Below are positions 51,901 through 63,895 of a DNA stretch of 64,000 bases, in pieces. Position 1 is the stretch's first letter. Every line of letters starts with the position of its first letter. The notes under the pieces were generated by a model, which was given only the letters and a program-made list of their open reading frames with translations, made no database searches and had not been told where the DNA came from. The DNA is from Macrostomum lignano (taxonomy: Eukaryota). The stretch is taken from the NCBI GenBank assembly GCA_002269645.1, contig NIVC01000023.1, positions 434,001 to 498,000 on the forward strand, in the 5' to 3' direction. The position numbers were made by a program, and so were the translations under genes.

Positions 51901-52374
51901 AATTGAACTAACTAATTAATTTAACTAACTACTAACTAGCTACGCACGTAATTTAACTAATTGACTGAAAACAAAAACAAAAGCTGCTTTTGGAATTTTT
52001 GACAATTTGGTATTTATTGCTTCTTTGCTTTGAAAACATTTACCTGACAAATCGTTCATTGCATTAGTTTTTCAACCTGCTTGTGACTTCCCGGGGGGGG
52101 GGGAGACTGCAAGTACCCCGGAGAACGCAAAGCATCCGGATACTTCACGATGCTTGGAATATCTGGGTGGAGATCGGAAGGCACTTGAACTATCTGGGCG
52201 GACAACACAAGACACGGATATCCGAAAGTATAACACCGGCATGTAAGTTTTTAGTTCGCTTTATCTGTTTTGCAGACGCCCCATTTACCAGCTAAAGTAC
52301 AAATTTGGTATGCACAAGGCCAACTACGAATATAATAACAGCTGAAACGTCCGGGAAGCCACATAACTCAGCAA

Positions 52375-52700
52375 CTAAAGATCTGGGAGGCTGGCTCAGC
52401 AACTGAGGACCTGGGAGACTGGTGGCCCAGCAACTGAGGATCTGGGAGGCTGGCCCAGCAACTAAAGATCTGGGAGGCTGGCCCAGCAACTGAGGATCTG
52501 GGAGGCTGGCCCAGCAACTGAGGATCTGGGAGGCTGGCCCAGCAACTAAAGATCTGGGAGGCTGGCCCAGCAACTGAGGATCTGGGAGGCTGGCCCAGCA
52601 ACTGAGGATCTGGGAGGCTGGCCCAGCAACTAAAGATCTGGGAGGCTGGCCCAGCAACTGAGGATCTGGGAGGCTGGCCCAGCAACTGAGGATGTGGGAG
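52375..52700 (+). repeat. 28-bp minisatellite (CTGGCCCAGCAACTGAGGATCTGGGAGG)
   Basis: About 11 units. Confidence 0.93.
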
Positions 52701-52959
52701 GCTGGCGATGTCCCAGTTTGCAACCGCTTGCGCACCAAAGTGCAGCAGCTGTTTTCAACAAATGAATGAGTCAGCACTTAGAGCACAATAAATCGAGTAC
52801 ATGGTTTTCTGCACATAACCACCTGCCAACGGAACAGCCTAGCAAAAATAAAAAAAGTTGAAGTATATTTATATTTACAACTTTATTGTCGAATGAAGGC
52901 GTGATCGGTCTTGATTTCTATGGATTGACCATCTGGCAAACAGACATGTACTGGTAGTA

Positions 52960-53830
52960 TAAGGTAGAAATAGACACAAAGGATACAAAGACACTTAAGT
53001 CGAAGAAATAAAGAAAAACCTAAAAAACAAAGACAACCCGAAACAGCTGGTACACAAACTGAAACGCAACTAGGACACACACATACACAACCAGGATAGA
53101 AACAGTCAGGACTCAACGAAAATCAGGATAGAAGGACACAAAAACGACCAGAACACACAGAGACACAAAGACTATCAGGACACACAGACACAAAGACAAC
53201 CAGGACACATACAGACACAAAGACAACCAGGACACACAGACACAAAGACAACCAGGACACACAGACACAAAGACAACCAGGACACACAGACAAAAAGACA
53301 ACCAGGACACACAGACACAAAGACAACCAGGACACACAGACACAAAGACAACCAGGACACAGACACAAAGACAACCAGGACACACAGACACAAAGACAAT
53401 CAGGACACACAGACACAAAGACAACCAGGACACACAGACACAAAGACAATCAGGACACACAGACACAAAGACAACCAGGACACACAGACACAAAGACAAC
53501 CAGGACACACAGACACAAAGACAACCAGGACACACAGACACAAAGACAACCAGGACACACAGACACAAAGACAACCAGGACACACAGACACAAAAACAAC
53601 CAGGACAGACAGACACAAAGACAACCAGGACACACAGACACAAAGACAACCAGGACACACAGACACAAAGACTACCAGGACACACAGACACAAAAACAAC
53701 CAGGACACACAGACACAAAGACAACCAGGACACAGACACAAAAACAACCAGGACACACAGACACAAAGACAACCAGGACACACAGACACAAAGACTACCA
53801 GGACAGACAGACACAAAGACAACCAGAGCA
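52960..53830 (+). repeat. 24/26-bp minisatellite (GACACAAAGACAACCAGGACACACA)
   Basis: About 30 units just downstream of the 1152-aa gene. Confidence 0.93.
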
Positions 53831-53916
53831 CATTCAAAAGAACCAACCACAGCAGGGCGAATAACAAAAGCGTAAAATCATCAGTTAGTAGCACTAGTAG
53901 TAGTGGTAAAAATGCG

Positions 53917-56900
53917 TCAAGCAGCCAGAAGGCAAACTGGAAATTTCTCAGTAACGAACAGAGTTTTCAACAGGGCCGGTCTCATTTTTAGAAACCGTTT
54001 CACTTGGCCAACAATAACGTCGCCAGGCCCCGGCTGGTCGGCGTTGATCCAGCGAACGGCGGATCGGGCGGCCGCCTGAGGCGACAGCGGCCCGACAATC
54101 ATTAGGCAGGCCAGGCAGCGACGGCGCAACGAACCAATTCTAGAGTCTTTGTTTCGATCAGCTGTTTTATCTAACAGCCGCTCAAGAAATGGAATCAACC
54201 GGCTGACAATCCAAGGCGGTTGAACGCCGCCTCCGCGGCACAGTTCGGCAATTGAACCCGGCTGAAGCAGATAATCTAATTCGTCGTCGTCAAGGCAACA
54301 ATCGGCGCTGTTATTATCGTCTCTATTATCAATAATAGCGGCTATCCCGGCATTAATCCGGTCTAAATAGCTCAACGGTTCGGCTGGCAAAGATTCGAGC
54401 ATGTCGATCCTGTGGGACAAGAAGAATGTCCAATCTATCACTGGATCGAGAGGCCAACCGTCCGGTATTGCGCTAGCAACCGCTCGAAACGCGGACGAAG
54501 TGTTCAAATCGCGAACAAAATCGTCGACAGGAAAAGAGCGCCGTTTCAATCGGCTGGCGGATTCGCCGCTGGGCGCCGCAGGCTGGTCGACCGTCTCGGA
54601 GTCGGGCGATCTGATCGGCGACAAGAGCGACGGCAAAACCTGTCGATTATTAATTGAACTTGCCACCGAGGCTTTGTCAAATTCGTCGTCTTCGTTAAAA
54701 TCGGCAATTGCCAGATTGCACGAAGCATTGTCGAAGTCTTCGCTATTTGTTGTGGAACAATTGGCAATTCGATGATGATGAGGATCGCTAGAAGCGGCAC
54801 TCGATGAAGCTGATGCAGTTGTTTTGACTCGGACTACACTTTCTTGTCTTTCTACAACCGTTTGAGTCGAATCTGTTGCTACTTCTGCTATGGAAAGTCT
54901 CGATTCGACAGGATCTTCTGCTGGATACTGAGCTTTTAGTTTTAGCTCAGTAGTATTGTTAGCATTTTGAAGTGTGACATCTTTTTCAGATGTGAAATCT
55001 TCGCTAAAAGAAGGTTCAATGAATTTTCTATTCTCATTGTGCAGTGAATCTTCCACAACCGTCACACTAAACGATTCATTTGAGTCTTCCATTGCATCAT
55101 TAACAGATGGTTCCTTAGCTTCTTCCACTGCGACAACAAACGAATCAGATGGTTCCTTAGCTTCTTCCACTGCGACAACAAACGAATCAGATGGTTCCTT
55201 AGCTTCTTCCACTGAGACAACAAACGAATCAGATGGTTCCTTAGCTTCTTCCACTGCAACAACAAACGAATCAGATGGTTCCTTAGCTTCTTCCACTGGG
55301 ACAACAAACGAATCAGATGGTTCCTTAGCTTCTTCCACTGAGACAACAAACGAATCAGATGGTTCCTTAGCTTCTTCCACTGAGACAACAAACGAATCAG
55401 ATGGTTCCTTAGCTTCTTCCACTGAGACAACAAACGAATCAGATGGTTCCTTAGCTTCTTCCACTGCAACAACAAACGAATCAGATGGTTCCTTAGCTTC
55501 TTCCACTGGGACAACAAACGAATCAGATGGTTCCTTAGCTTCTTCCACTGCGACAACAAACGAATCAGATGGTTCCTTAGCTTCTTCCACTGCAACAACA
55601 AACGAATCAGATGGTTCCTTAGCTTCTTCCACTGGGACAACAAACGAATCAGATGGTTCCTTAGCTTCTTCCACTGGGACAACAAACGAATCAGATGGTT
55701 CCTTAGCTTCTTCCACTGGGACAACAAACGAATCAGATGGTTCCTTAGCTTCTTCCACTGCGACAACAAACGAATCAGATGGTTCCTTAGCTTCTTCCAC
55801 TGCGACAACAACCGAATCAGATGGTTCCTTAGCTTCTTCCATAACAGCAGATTCCTTAGAATCTTCTACAGCAACATGTAAAACAGATGATTCCTCGTCT
55901 GATGTAACACTATCTGAATCCTCATTCTGCTCAACAATGGGCTCATCTGTCGTGGTGCCATCTGCATCCTGCACAATAGGCTCATCTGTTGCAGTGCCAT
56001 GTGCATCCTGCAAAACAATAGGGTCATCTGTTGCAGTGCCATCTGCATCCTGCAAAACAATGGGTTGATCTGTTGCAGTGCCATCTGCATCCTGCAAAAC
56101 AATGGGCTCATCTGTTGCAGTGCCATCTGCATCCTGCAAAACAATGGGTTGATCTGTTGCAGTGCCATCTGCATCCTGCACAATGGGCTCATCTGTTGCA
56201 GTGCCATCTGCATCCTGCACAATGGGCTCATCTGTTGCAGTGCCACCTGCATCCTGCACAATGGACTCATCTGTTGCAGTGCCTTCTGCATCCTGCACAA
56301 TGCGCTTATCTGTTGCAGTGCCATCTGCATTCTGCACAATGGGCTCATCTGTTGAAGTGCCATCTGCATTCTGCACAACAATAGGCTTATCTGTTGCAGT
56401 GCCATTTGCATCCTCATCCTGCAGGACAATAGTGACATCAGACGATGCTTCATCTCGACATTCTGCACTTATTTCAATAATGCCAGACGAAAGTTTCGCA
56501 TTGGACCTCGTGTTATAGGCAAACGACTTGATCGGCAAAGGAGGCTCTAATGGACGCCGTCTTTTGCTTTTAGCAGCGCCGCTTCCATTGCCTTCCTCTT
56601 CGCTGGATGTAGCATCCAGATCTACCCGGTGGGAATGCCTTCGCCGAATAACGCCAGTTTTTGGAGACTGGGATGTTTTAGACTTAGAGAAGTCAGCACC
56701 GCAACTAGCCGAAAGACTCTGTCTGTAGCGCTGATGTTTATTTCTACGGCTGCAATCTTTGTCGTACATTTGAAGCGTTCTTCTTGGACGCTGATTAACA
56801 GAAGACAGGCACTGCTCTATAGACAACTTTCTATTAGCAGCAGTCTTTGCTGTTTCATCGGAAACAATCACAACGGATTGATTGGAGGAGCACAGAGGCT

Positions 56901-57375
56901 TTTGTACATGCATTTGAGCTTCACTGTGAGGATTGGAGTTCTTAGGCCTGGTGGATTCTTCCGCCTGAGGTTGCGGTTTATCCTCATCATTATCCTCATC
57001 GCTAGAAGAGGTGGCGTCCAAATCAACACGCCTAGGACGCTTAGGTTGAACTGCTGACACCCCAGGATCGGTGGCGCGGCTGCTTGTTCGTTTAGACGCG
57101 CGACGTTTCGGCTGCTTCAACTGACTCAATTCTAGTCGAGCCTCCGCTAATTCGTGCCGAGTTCGCTGCAGGTTAGCTTCGGTTAATGACAGGGCAGCTT
57201 TCAATGCTGAGCAACGATTAGCCGATTCTCTAGCTCTGGCCAGTTCGGCTTCCAGCGAACTGACCCGGCGGCACTGTCTAGCATAGGCTCGATGAAGCTG
57301 GTCGCATTCAACTAGGAGAGACTTGGCTCTGAATAGGGCTCGGACCAAGTCTTCGCGACTGGCGTCGGACTGCAT
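53917..57375 (-). CDS. 1152-aa single-exon protein: N-terminal coiled coil, acidic tandem repeats, helical C-terminal domain; possibly ICE1 (little elongation complex)
   Basis: Uninterrupted ORF with non-repetitive ends and an acceptor (ttttcag) 16 nt upstream of the ATG. N-terminal LVRALFRAKSLLVECDQLHRAYARQC resembles remembered ICE1 YVEALITLKQKIINTDNLLTEYQKKC. The CDS call is strong; the ICE1 identity is tentative (~0.5). Confidence 0.85.
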   Translation of the reverse strand: MQSDASREDLVRALFRAKSLLVECDQLHRAYARQCRRVSSLEAELARARESANRCSALKAALSLTEANLQRTRHELAEARLELSQLKQPKRRASKRTSSRATDPGVSAVQPKRPRRVDLDATSSSDEDNDEDKPQPQAEESTRPKNSNPHSEAQMHVQKPLCSSNQSVVIVSDETAKTAANRKLSIEQCLSSVNQRPRRTLQMYDKDCSRRNKHQRYRQSLSASCGADFSKSKTSQSPKTGVIRRRHSHRVDLDATSSEEEGNGSGAAKSKRRRPLEPPLPIKSFAYNTRSNAKLSSGIIEISAECRDEASSDVTIVLQDEDANGTATDKPIVVQNADGTSTDEPIVQNADGTATDKRIVQDAEGTATDESIVQDAGGTATDEPIVQDADGTATDEPIVQDADGTATDQPIVLQDADGTATDEPIVLQDADGTATDQPIVLQDADGTATDDPIVLQDAHGTATDEPIVQDADGTTTDEPIVEQNEDSDSVTSDEESSVLHVAVEDSKESAVMEEAKEPSDSVVVAVEEAKEPSDSFVVAVEEAKEPSDSFVVPVEEAKEPSDSFVVPVEEAKEPSDSFVVPVEEAKEPSDSFVVAVEEAKEPSDSFVVAVEEAKEPSDSFVVPVEEAKEPSDSFVVAVEEAKEPSDSFVVSVEEAKEPSDSFVVSVEEAKEPSDSFVVSVEEAKEPSDSFVVPVEEAKEPSDSFVVAVEEAKEPSDSFVVSVEEAKEPSDSFVVAVEEAKEPSDSFVVAVEEAKEPSVNDAMEDSNESFSVTVVEDSLHNENRKFIEPSFSEDFTSEKDVTLQNANNTTELKLKAQYPAEDPVESRLSIAEVATDSTQTVVERQESVVRVKTTASASSSAASSDPHHHRIANCSTTNSEDFDNASCNLAIADFNEDDEFDKASVASSINNRQVLPSLLSPIRSPDSETVDQPAAPSGESASRLKRRSFPVDDFVRDLNTSSAFRAVASAIPDGWPLDPVIDWTFFLSHRIDMLESLPAEPLSYLDRINAGIAAIIDNRDDNNSADCCLDDDELDYLLQPGSIAELCRGGGVQPPWIVSRLIPFLERLLDKTADRNKDSRIGSLRRRCLACLMIVGPLSPQAAARSAVRWINADQPGPGDVIVGQVKRFLKMRPALLKTLFVTEKFPVCLLAA

Positions 57376-57479
57376 TGGTGAGTTTCGACGACTGAAAATT
57401 GGAATTAAATATGAATCATACTGGAAATCTAATTACTTTATTTGATAGTCTATAGATGCCTATGCACCTTTATCCAGAT

Positions 57480-58105
57480 TACTACAAAGACTCTTACCGG
57501 ATTTCGACAAAGACCCTTTACGGATTATCCACTGCTACAAAGATTTCCACTGACTCCTACCGGATTTCTACAAAGACCTTTACCGAATTTCTACAAAGAC
57601 CTTTACCGGATTTATACAAAGACCTTTACCGAATTTCTACAAAGACCTTTACCGGATTTATACAAAGACCTTTACCGGATTTATACAAAGACCTTTACCG
57701 GATTTATACAAAGACCTTTACCGGATTTCTACAAAGACCCTTGCTGGATTTCTACAAGGACCTTTCCCGGATTTCTACAAAGACCTTTACCGGATTGCTA
57801 CAAAGACCTTTCCCGGATTTCTACAAATACCTTTTCCGGATTTATACAAAGACCTTTCCCGGTTTGCTATAAATACCTTTTTCGGATTTCTACAAAGACC
57901 TTTCCCGGATTTCTACAAATATCTTTACCGGATTTCTACAAAGACCCTTACGGCATTTCTAAAAAGACCTTTCCCGTATTTCTACAAAGACCCTTGCTGG
58001 TTTTCTACAAGGACCTTTCCCGGATTTCTACAAAGACCTTTACCGAATTTCTAAAAAGCCATTTACCTGGATTTCTACAAAGACATAAACCAAATTTCTA
58101 CAAAG
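57480..58105 (+). repeat. 23-bp minisatellite (CCGGATTTCTACAAAGACCTTTA)
   Basis: About 25 degenerate units. Confidence 0.92.
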
Positions 58106-58879
58106 ACTACATAAAATAATATACAACAATAAAAAATAAAGATCGCGAAGTACGCTCGTACTTTAACTGACAAAAAATTCGCCCCGTTTAATTTTAGATA
58201 CAAAAAAGCATTATTTAATTTATAGGGTCACACTAACAGTAGTATCGAAAGCAAATAACTAATATTAATTGTTAAGTACGATGCTATACAATTATGACTG
58301 CAAGCAGCATACGCAGTAAACCTGACGATTGATAATGAGCATAACAATTGTTAGAATGTTTCACAACGTAGCGAGTGAATCAAGCCACTGAAGACTTGCT
58401 GTTCATTGTCTATGGCCCAAAAAGGGGGTCAAACAGCTAGCATAAATGAAAAAGTCAAGAAAAATGTAAAATCAGAAGGGTGCAATTCATAACAGCATTT
58501 TGGCTACGAGTGGTGCCTGTGCCTCAGGAAGCTTCGATCGAATCTAGCTCGCATTTTTTGTTATAAAAATCATAAATCAATTTTACTACTTATAATTAAA
58601 GGTTAAAATTTAAACGTTGGTAAATAAAAACGCTAAAAAAAACTGTGCACTACTATAAGCTATATATACAACTCGACTGAATTAACAGTAGTAATGCGCG
58701 GATTTTCTAACAATTGTTTTCACCCTTTATTGGCATTATTACAATTTTTTACCAAGCTATTTCCATCCGAATAGGTAAAAAATCTCTAAGTAAGTAATGA
58801 TGATTAGTCAGAGACAGATTTATGAATGGCTGTGGTGGCCTGTCTGTCTTATAGTGTCTGCCGTAGTGAATGCATATTT

Positions 58880-59745
58880 TAATGTGTCTGTGTGTCATCG
58901 ACATGTTCTATGTGTGTCTGTGTGTCCATAGACATGTTCTATGTGTGTCTGTGTGTCATAGCCATGTTCTATGTGTGTCTGTGTGTCATAGCCATGTTAT
59001 ATGTGTGTCTGTGTGTCATAGCCATGTTCTATGTGTGTCTGTGTGTCATAGACATGTTCTATGTGTGTCTGTCTGTCATAGACATGTTCTATGTGTGTCT
59101 GTGTGTCATAGCCATGTTCTATGTGTGTCTGTGTGTCATAGTCATGTTCTATGTGTGTCTGTGTGTCATAGCCATGTTCTATGTGTGTCTGTGTGTCATA
59201 GCCATGTTCTATGCGTGTCTGTGTGTCATAGCCATGTTCTATGTGTGTCTGTGTGTCATAGACATGATCTATGTGTGTCTGTGTGTCATAGACATGTTCT
59301 ATGTGTCTGTGTGTCATAGCGATGTTCTATGTGTGTCTGTGTGTGATAGCGATGTTCTATGTGTGTCTGTGTGTGATAGACATGTTCTATGTGTGTCTGT
59401 GTGTCATAGCCATGATCTATGTGTGTCTGTGTGTCATAGACATGTTCTATGTGTGTCTGTGTGTCATAGACATGTTCTATGTGTGTCTGTGTGTGATAGA
59501 CATGTTCTATGTGTGTCTGTGTGTCATAGCCATGATCTATGTGTATCTGTGTGTCATAGACATGTTCTATGTGTGTCTGTGTGTCATAGCCATGTTCTAT
59601 GTGTGTCTGTCTGTCATAGACATGTTCTGTGTGTGTCTGTGTGTGATAGACATGTTCTATGTGTGTCTGTGTGTCATAGACATGTTCTATGTGTGTCTGT
59701 GTGTCATAGCGATGTTCTATGTGTGTCTGTGTGTTTGTCTGTCTG
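58880..59745 (+). repeat. 30-bp minisatellite (GTGTGTCTGTGTGTCATAGCCATGTTCTAT)
   Basis: About 28 units. Confidence 0.95.
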
Positions 59746-59784
59746 CCTCCTTATTAACTGATAATAATAATTATTAATAAAGAT

Positions 59785-62261
59785 CTAAGCAGCCCCACTC
59801 TCGGTCAACAGTTTCACTTCGTACGCTCTAACCAATAGCCGGAATCTGCCGTCGGCTGGCAGCCGAAACGACGCGCTGGGCACCAAGCCGACAGTGTTGG
59901 AGCCGACACGGAGCGGGGCGCAGGTGCAAATGAAACAGCCGGCCTGACTCAGCGGCATCTGGCGCACGTTGTTCAGCCAAACCTCGCGCACTGAGCACCT
60001 GCCCCGGAGTCGAACCAACGGCGCCGCTGTAGCTTCGGCTCCGGTGTTGAACACGGCGTTGCCTAGCAACAGTACGCAAGGCAGCGACGGCAGCCGATCG
60101 GCAATGTCGAATTGAACAGACAGGCCAGGCCTGGGAAGAATGTGCAAACGGCCGACTGGGGCGAGCAGCCGAGCTGAGCTACCGAGAGCTGATTGGGCGC
60201 AGTCGGCCAGAGCCTGCGAAACGGCGTCGCAGTGACGCTGCAGCAAGCAGAGCAGCTCGCCTGCCAGTGGGCAGCTTCTGCGAGTGACAATGGGGAGGCG
60301 TGCGAATTCCAAGAACTGGGGTGATTTCCAAGAACTGGGGTGATTTCCAAGAACTGGGGTGATTTCCAAGAACTGGGGTGATTTCCAAGAACTGGGGTGA
60401 TTTTCAAGAAATGGGTAAGGGCGATTTCTAAGAACTGGGGTGATTTCCAAGAAATGTGTAAGGGCGATTTCTAAGAACTGGGGTGATTTCCAAGAACTGG
60501 GGTGATTTCCAAGAAATGGGTAAGGGCGATTTCTAAGAACTGGGGTACTTTCCAAGAACTGGGGTGATTTCCAAGAAATGGGTAAGGGCGATTTCTAAGA
60601 ACGGGGGTAATTTCCAAGAACTGGGGTGATTTCCAAGAAATGGGTAAGGGCGATTTCTAAGAACTGACGGTGATTTCTAAGAACTGAGGGGCAATTTTTT
60701 AGAGCAGGGGGTGATTTCTAAGAACTGAGGGTGATTTCTAAGAACTGAGGGTGATTTCTAATAACCGGGGGTGATTTCTAAAAATTGAGGGAGATTTCTA
60801 AGAAAGGGGAGGTGCAATTTCTAAGAACTGGGGATGACCTGGAACCAAATTCTAAGAAGGCTATTTTTCGCGTCTTAGGGTTAGGAGAGACTATTGTGGT
60901 ATCATTATAACAAAAATCTCGGCTTGGCTCTGCTCGTGCAATTAACGCCCAGCTTGAGGCCCAAACCCCCAAGCCACAGTGAAGTGTACATGCATAACGG
61001 TAAATAAAGTCAGGGGCCGCTGTACACTCGCATGTACCTAGGAAAGAAAGATAATCACCTGGCAACCACCATGGGATCTTTGAATAGCTGCTGCTGCTGG
61101 TCATTTCCAGCAGCTGTCCGGTGACCAGCAGCATCACCGGATGAAGAAGCTGACAAAGCCGATGCGGCAGGCAGCTGACACCAGGCGTTAACGGCACAGC
61201 CGTGCTGCAGCAGCAGTCGAACTGCTGCCACATTGCCCTGCCTCAGAGCGGCAGTCAGCGCCGTTTCTCCATTCCGCGCCTCATCGGCCCAATTCAGATC
61301 GCAAGCGCCAGCAGCCGATGAAGCTGGCGAGTGCAGCAGGCGAATCAAATCGCCCAGAGAGTTGGCCTCTACAGCCGCAATCAGCCTGGAAGAAGCTTTC
61401 GAAGGCGAAGAGGACAGACAGTCGGGCAGAGAAGCAACAGTCGGGCAATGGTCCAGTGCCGGGAGGGAGTCCAAGAATCTGTCTAATTCGCCTCCGGATT
61501 TGTAATACAAATTTGTGAGCGATGCGGCGGAATCATTGACAGCTGGATGGGATGCGACTGCTGTGAAAGTAGAGCTGTCGGATGCGCTTCGGAATTTGTT
61601 GAACAGACCCTGACTGTCCGACTGGCTGTTTTGCCGCTCCTGCTGCTCCTGTTGCTGCTGCTGTTGGTCTTTTTTCGGAAAATCGACCGCTGTCTGAGGT
61701 GCTTCCGCCTAACAAGAGGCGGCATGTGTTTTGGATTAACGAAATAATGAGATTGACCTGTCTGTCTGTTTGCCTGTATTTCTGTCTGTCTGTCTGTATT
61801 TGTCTCTCCATGTCCGTCTTATCTGTCTGTCCGTCTGTCTGTCAACCTGCCTGCCTGCCTGCCAGCCTGTCTGTCTGTCTGTCTTAGTGCCTGTCTGTCT
61901 GTCTGCCTGCCTGTCTCTCTGTCTACCTGCCTGTCTCTCTGTCTGTCTGCCTGTATGTCTTAGTGTCTGTCTACGAGATGACACAAAAACTTACCGCCTG
62001 CGGCTGTTTCTTATTTTTTCGTTTCTGCTGCCGCTTCTTCTGCCGCTGTTCACTGGTGAACGCTTGCAGAGCAGCCTCGCAGCCAATCAGGTTACTCCTT
62101 GGCTCCCACGTGTTCCAATCGTCCCCAAAGCCCTTCCATTTGATCAAATAGCGCATCGTATGGCCCCGACCCTTCACCCGCAGAATCTTTTCAACTTCGT
62201 ATTCGTTCTCGTGCTCGTTGGCGGCTGGCCAATCGCCGGCCGCTACCGATGGCTGGTCCAT
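59785..62261 (-). CDS. MPHOSPH8: MPP8 / M-phase phosphoprotein 8 orthologue (chromodomain + ankyrin repeats + C-terminal beta domain), ~469 aa
   Basis: Exons 62261-61995, 61708-61059 and 60277-59785 (phases 0 and 2; GCG|GTAAGT, gttag|, AG|GTGATT, cgcag|). Chromodomain YEVEKIL..YLIKWKGF..TWEP. Ankyrin GETALTAALRQGNVAAVRLLLQHGCAVN. C-terminal VRLRGRCSVREVWLNNVRQMPL and RLLVRAYEVKL match remembered human ARLCGPCSVQAVVLNDKFQLPV and KLLIGAYRVQL. Confidence 0.9.
60307..60860 (+). repeat. 19-bp minisatellite (CCAAGAACTGGGGTGATTT) in MPP8 intron 2
   Basis: Tandem units with 39-bp higher-order variants. Confidence 0.93.
61758..61970 (+). repeat. (CTGT)n microsatellite in MPP8 intron 1
   Basis: Degenerate tetranucleotide run. 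Confidence 0.9.
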
Positions 62262-62424
62262 GCAAAATGATTTCTTTCTCTTAGTACAAAATCTGCTCGG
62301 TTCAGCTGTCACCCCAGAGAATCAACAGGAGACTGCGGATGAAGCATACAGATTGACTCAGGAAAGAATCATTATTATAAAATAGATGAGAACAGAGGAA
62401 AGCTATTTGAAAGGCTGTTTTGGC

Positions 62425-63025
62425 AGACTGTGGTTTCTACAGCCTGTTTTTGTAGTTTCTACAGCCTGTATTTGTGGTTTCTACAGCCTGTATTTGTGGT
62501 TTCTACAGCCTGTATTTGTGGTTTCTACAGCCTGTATTTGTGGTTTCTACAGCCTGTATTTGTGGTTTCTACAGCCTGTATTTGTGGTTTCTACAGCCTG
62601 TATTTGTGGTTTCTACAGCCTGTATTTGTGGTTTCTACAGCCTGTTTTTGTGGTTTCTACAGCCTGTATTTGTGGTTTCTACAGCCTGTTTTTGTGGTTT
62701 CTACAGCCTGTATTTGTGGTTTCTACAGCCTGTATTTGTGGTTTCTACAGCCTGTTTTTGTGGTTTCTACAGCCTGTATTTGTGGTTTCTACAGCCTGTA
62801 TTTGTGGTTTCTACAGCCTGTATTTGTGGTTTCTACAGCCTGTATTTGTGGTTTCTACAGCCTGTATTTGTGGTTTCTACAGCCTGTATTTGTGGTTTCT
62901 ACAGCCTGTATTTGTGGTTTCTACAGCCTGTTTTTGTGGTTTCTACAGCCTGTATTTGTGGTTTCTACAGCCTGTTTTTGTGGTTTCTACAGCCTGTATT
63001 TGTGGTTTCTACAGCCTGTTCTTGT
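62425..63025 (+). repeat. 22-bp minisatellite (GGTTTCTACAGCCTGTATTTGT)
   Basis: About 27 units. Confidence 0.96.
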
Positions 63026-63374
63026 GATTTCCACAGCCTGTTTTGGGAGCTGTACTGCTAGGGTGTTTTGTACAATTATTAAACTACTGTCTTTGAACTG
63101 TAACAGCATAAAAAGCTTAAGATCAATAAAAGAAAGAGACAGACTGGCAATATTATCTGCGCAAATTCTGCTACATTTTGCGGTAATGAAAATAATATAA
63201 TTATAATAATACTACCAGAGTAAGAATAAAAAAGTACCAAAACAGATCTAAATTAATCTGCAAGTTATTAATAATTAAACAGTTCAATTACAAATATTCA
63301 TACAGATAAGGACAAAGAAAAACTTCGAGTCATACAGTTACAGATAAGGCAAAATTGGGTTGAATAACGAAATA

Positions 63375-63895
63375 CTCAATTAGATTAGCAATCTATTCTA
63401 CTAATATATATTTACCTGATTAGATTAGCAATCCGTTCTACTCATTCATATATAATCAACTAGATTAGCAATCCGTTCTACTCATTCATATACATGTATA
63501 ATCAACTAGATTAGCAATCCGTTCTACTCATTCATATATAATCAACTAGATTAGCAATCCGTTCTACTTATTCATATATAATCAACTAGATTAGCAATCC
63601 GTTCTACTTATTCATATATAATCAACTAGATTAGCAATCCGTTCTACTCATTCATATATAATCAACTAGATTAGCAATCCGTTCTACTCATTCATATATA
63701 ATCAACTAGATTAGCAATCCGTTCTACTCATGCATATATAATCAACTAGATTAGCAATCCGTTTTACTCATTCATATATAATCAACTAGATTAGCAATCC
63801 GTTTTACTCATTCATATCTACTCAATTAGATTAGCAATCTATTCTGCTCATATATATTTACCTGACTAGATTAGCAATCCGTTCTACTCATTCAG
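63375..63895 (+). repeat. 40-bp minisatellite (TTAGCAATCCGTTCTACTCATTCATATATAATCAACTAGA)
   Basis: About 13 units. Confidence 0.94.

Noticed and set aside
54401-57057. Antisense and alternate-frame ORFs within the 1152-aa gene
   Set aside because: Shadows of GC-rich coding sequence and frame-preserving repeats.
59785-60555. 256-aa ORF as a standalone gene
   Set aside because: Its N-terminal half is intronic 19-bp repeat. The real exon starts at the 60277 acceptor and belongs to MPP8.
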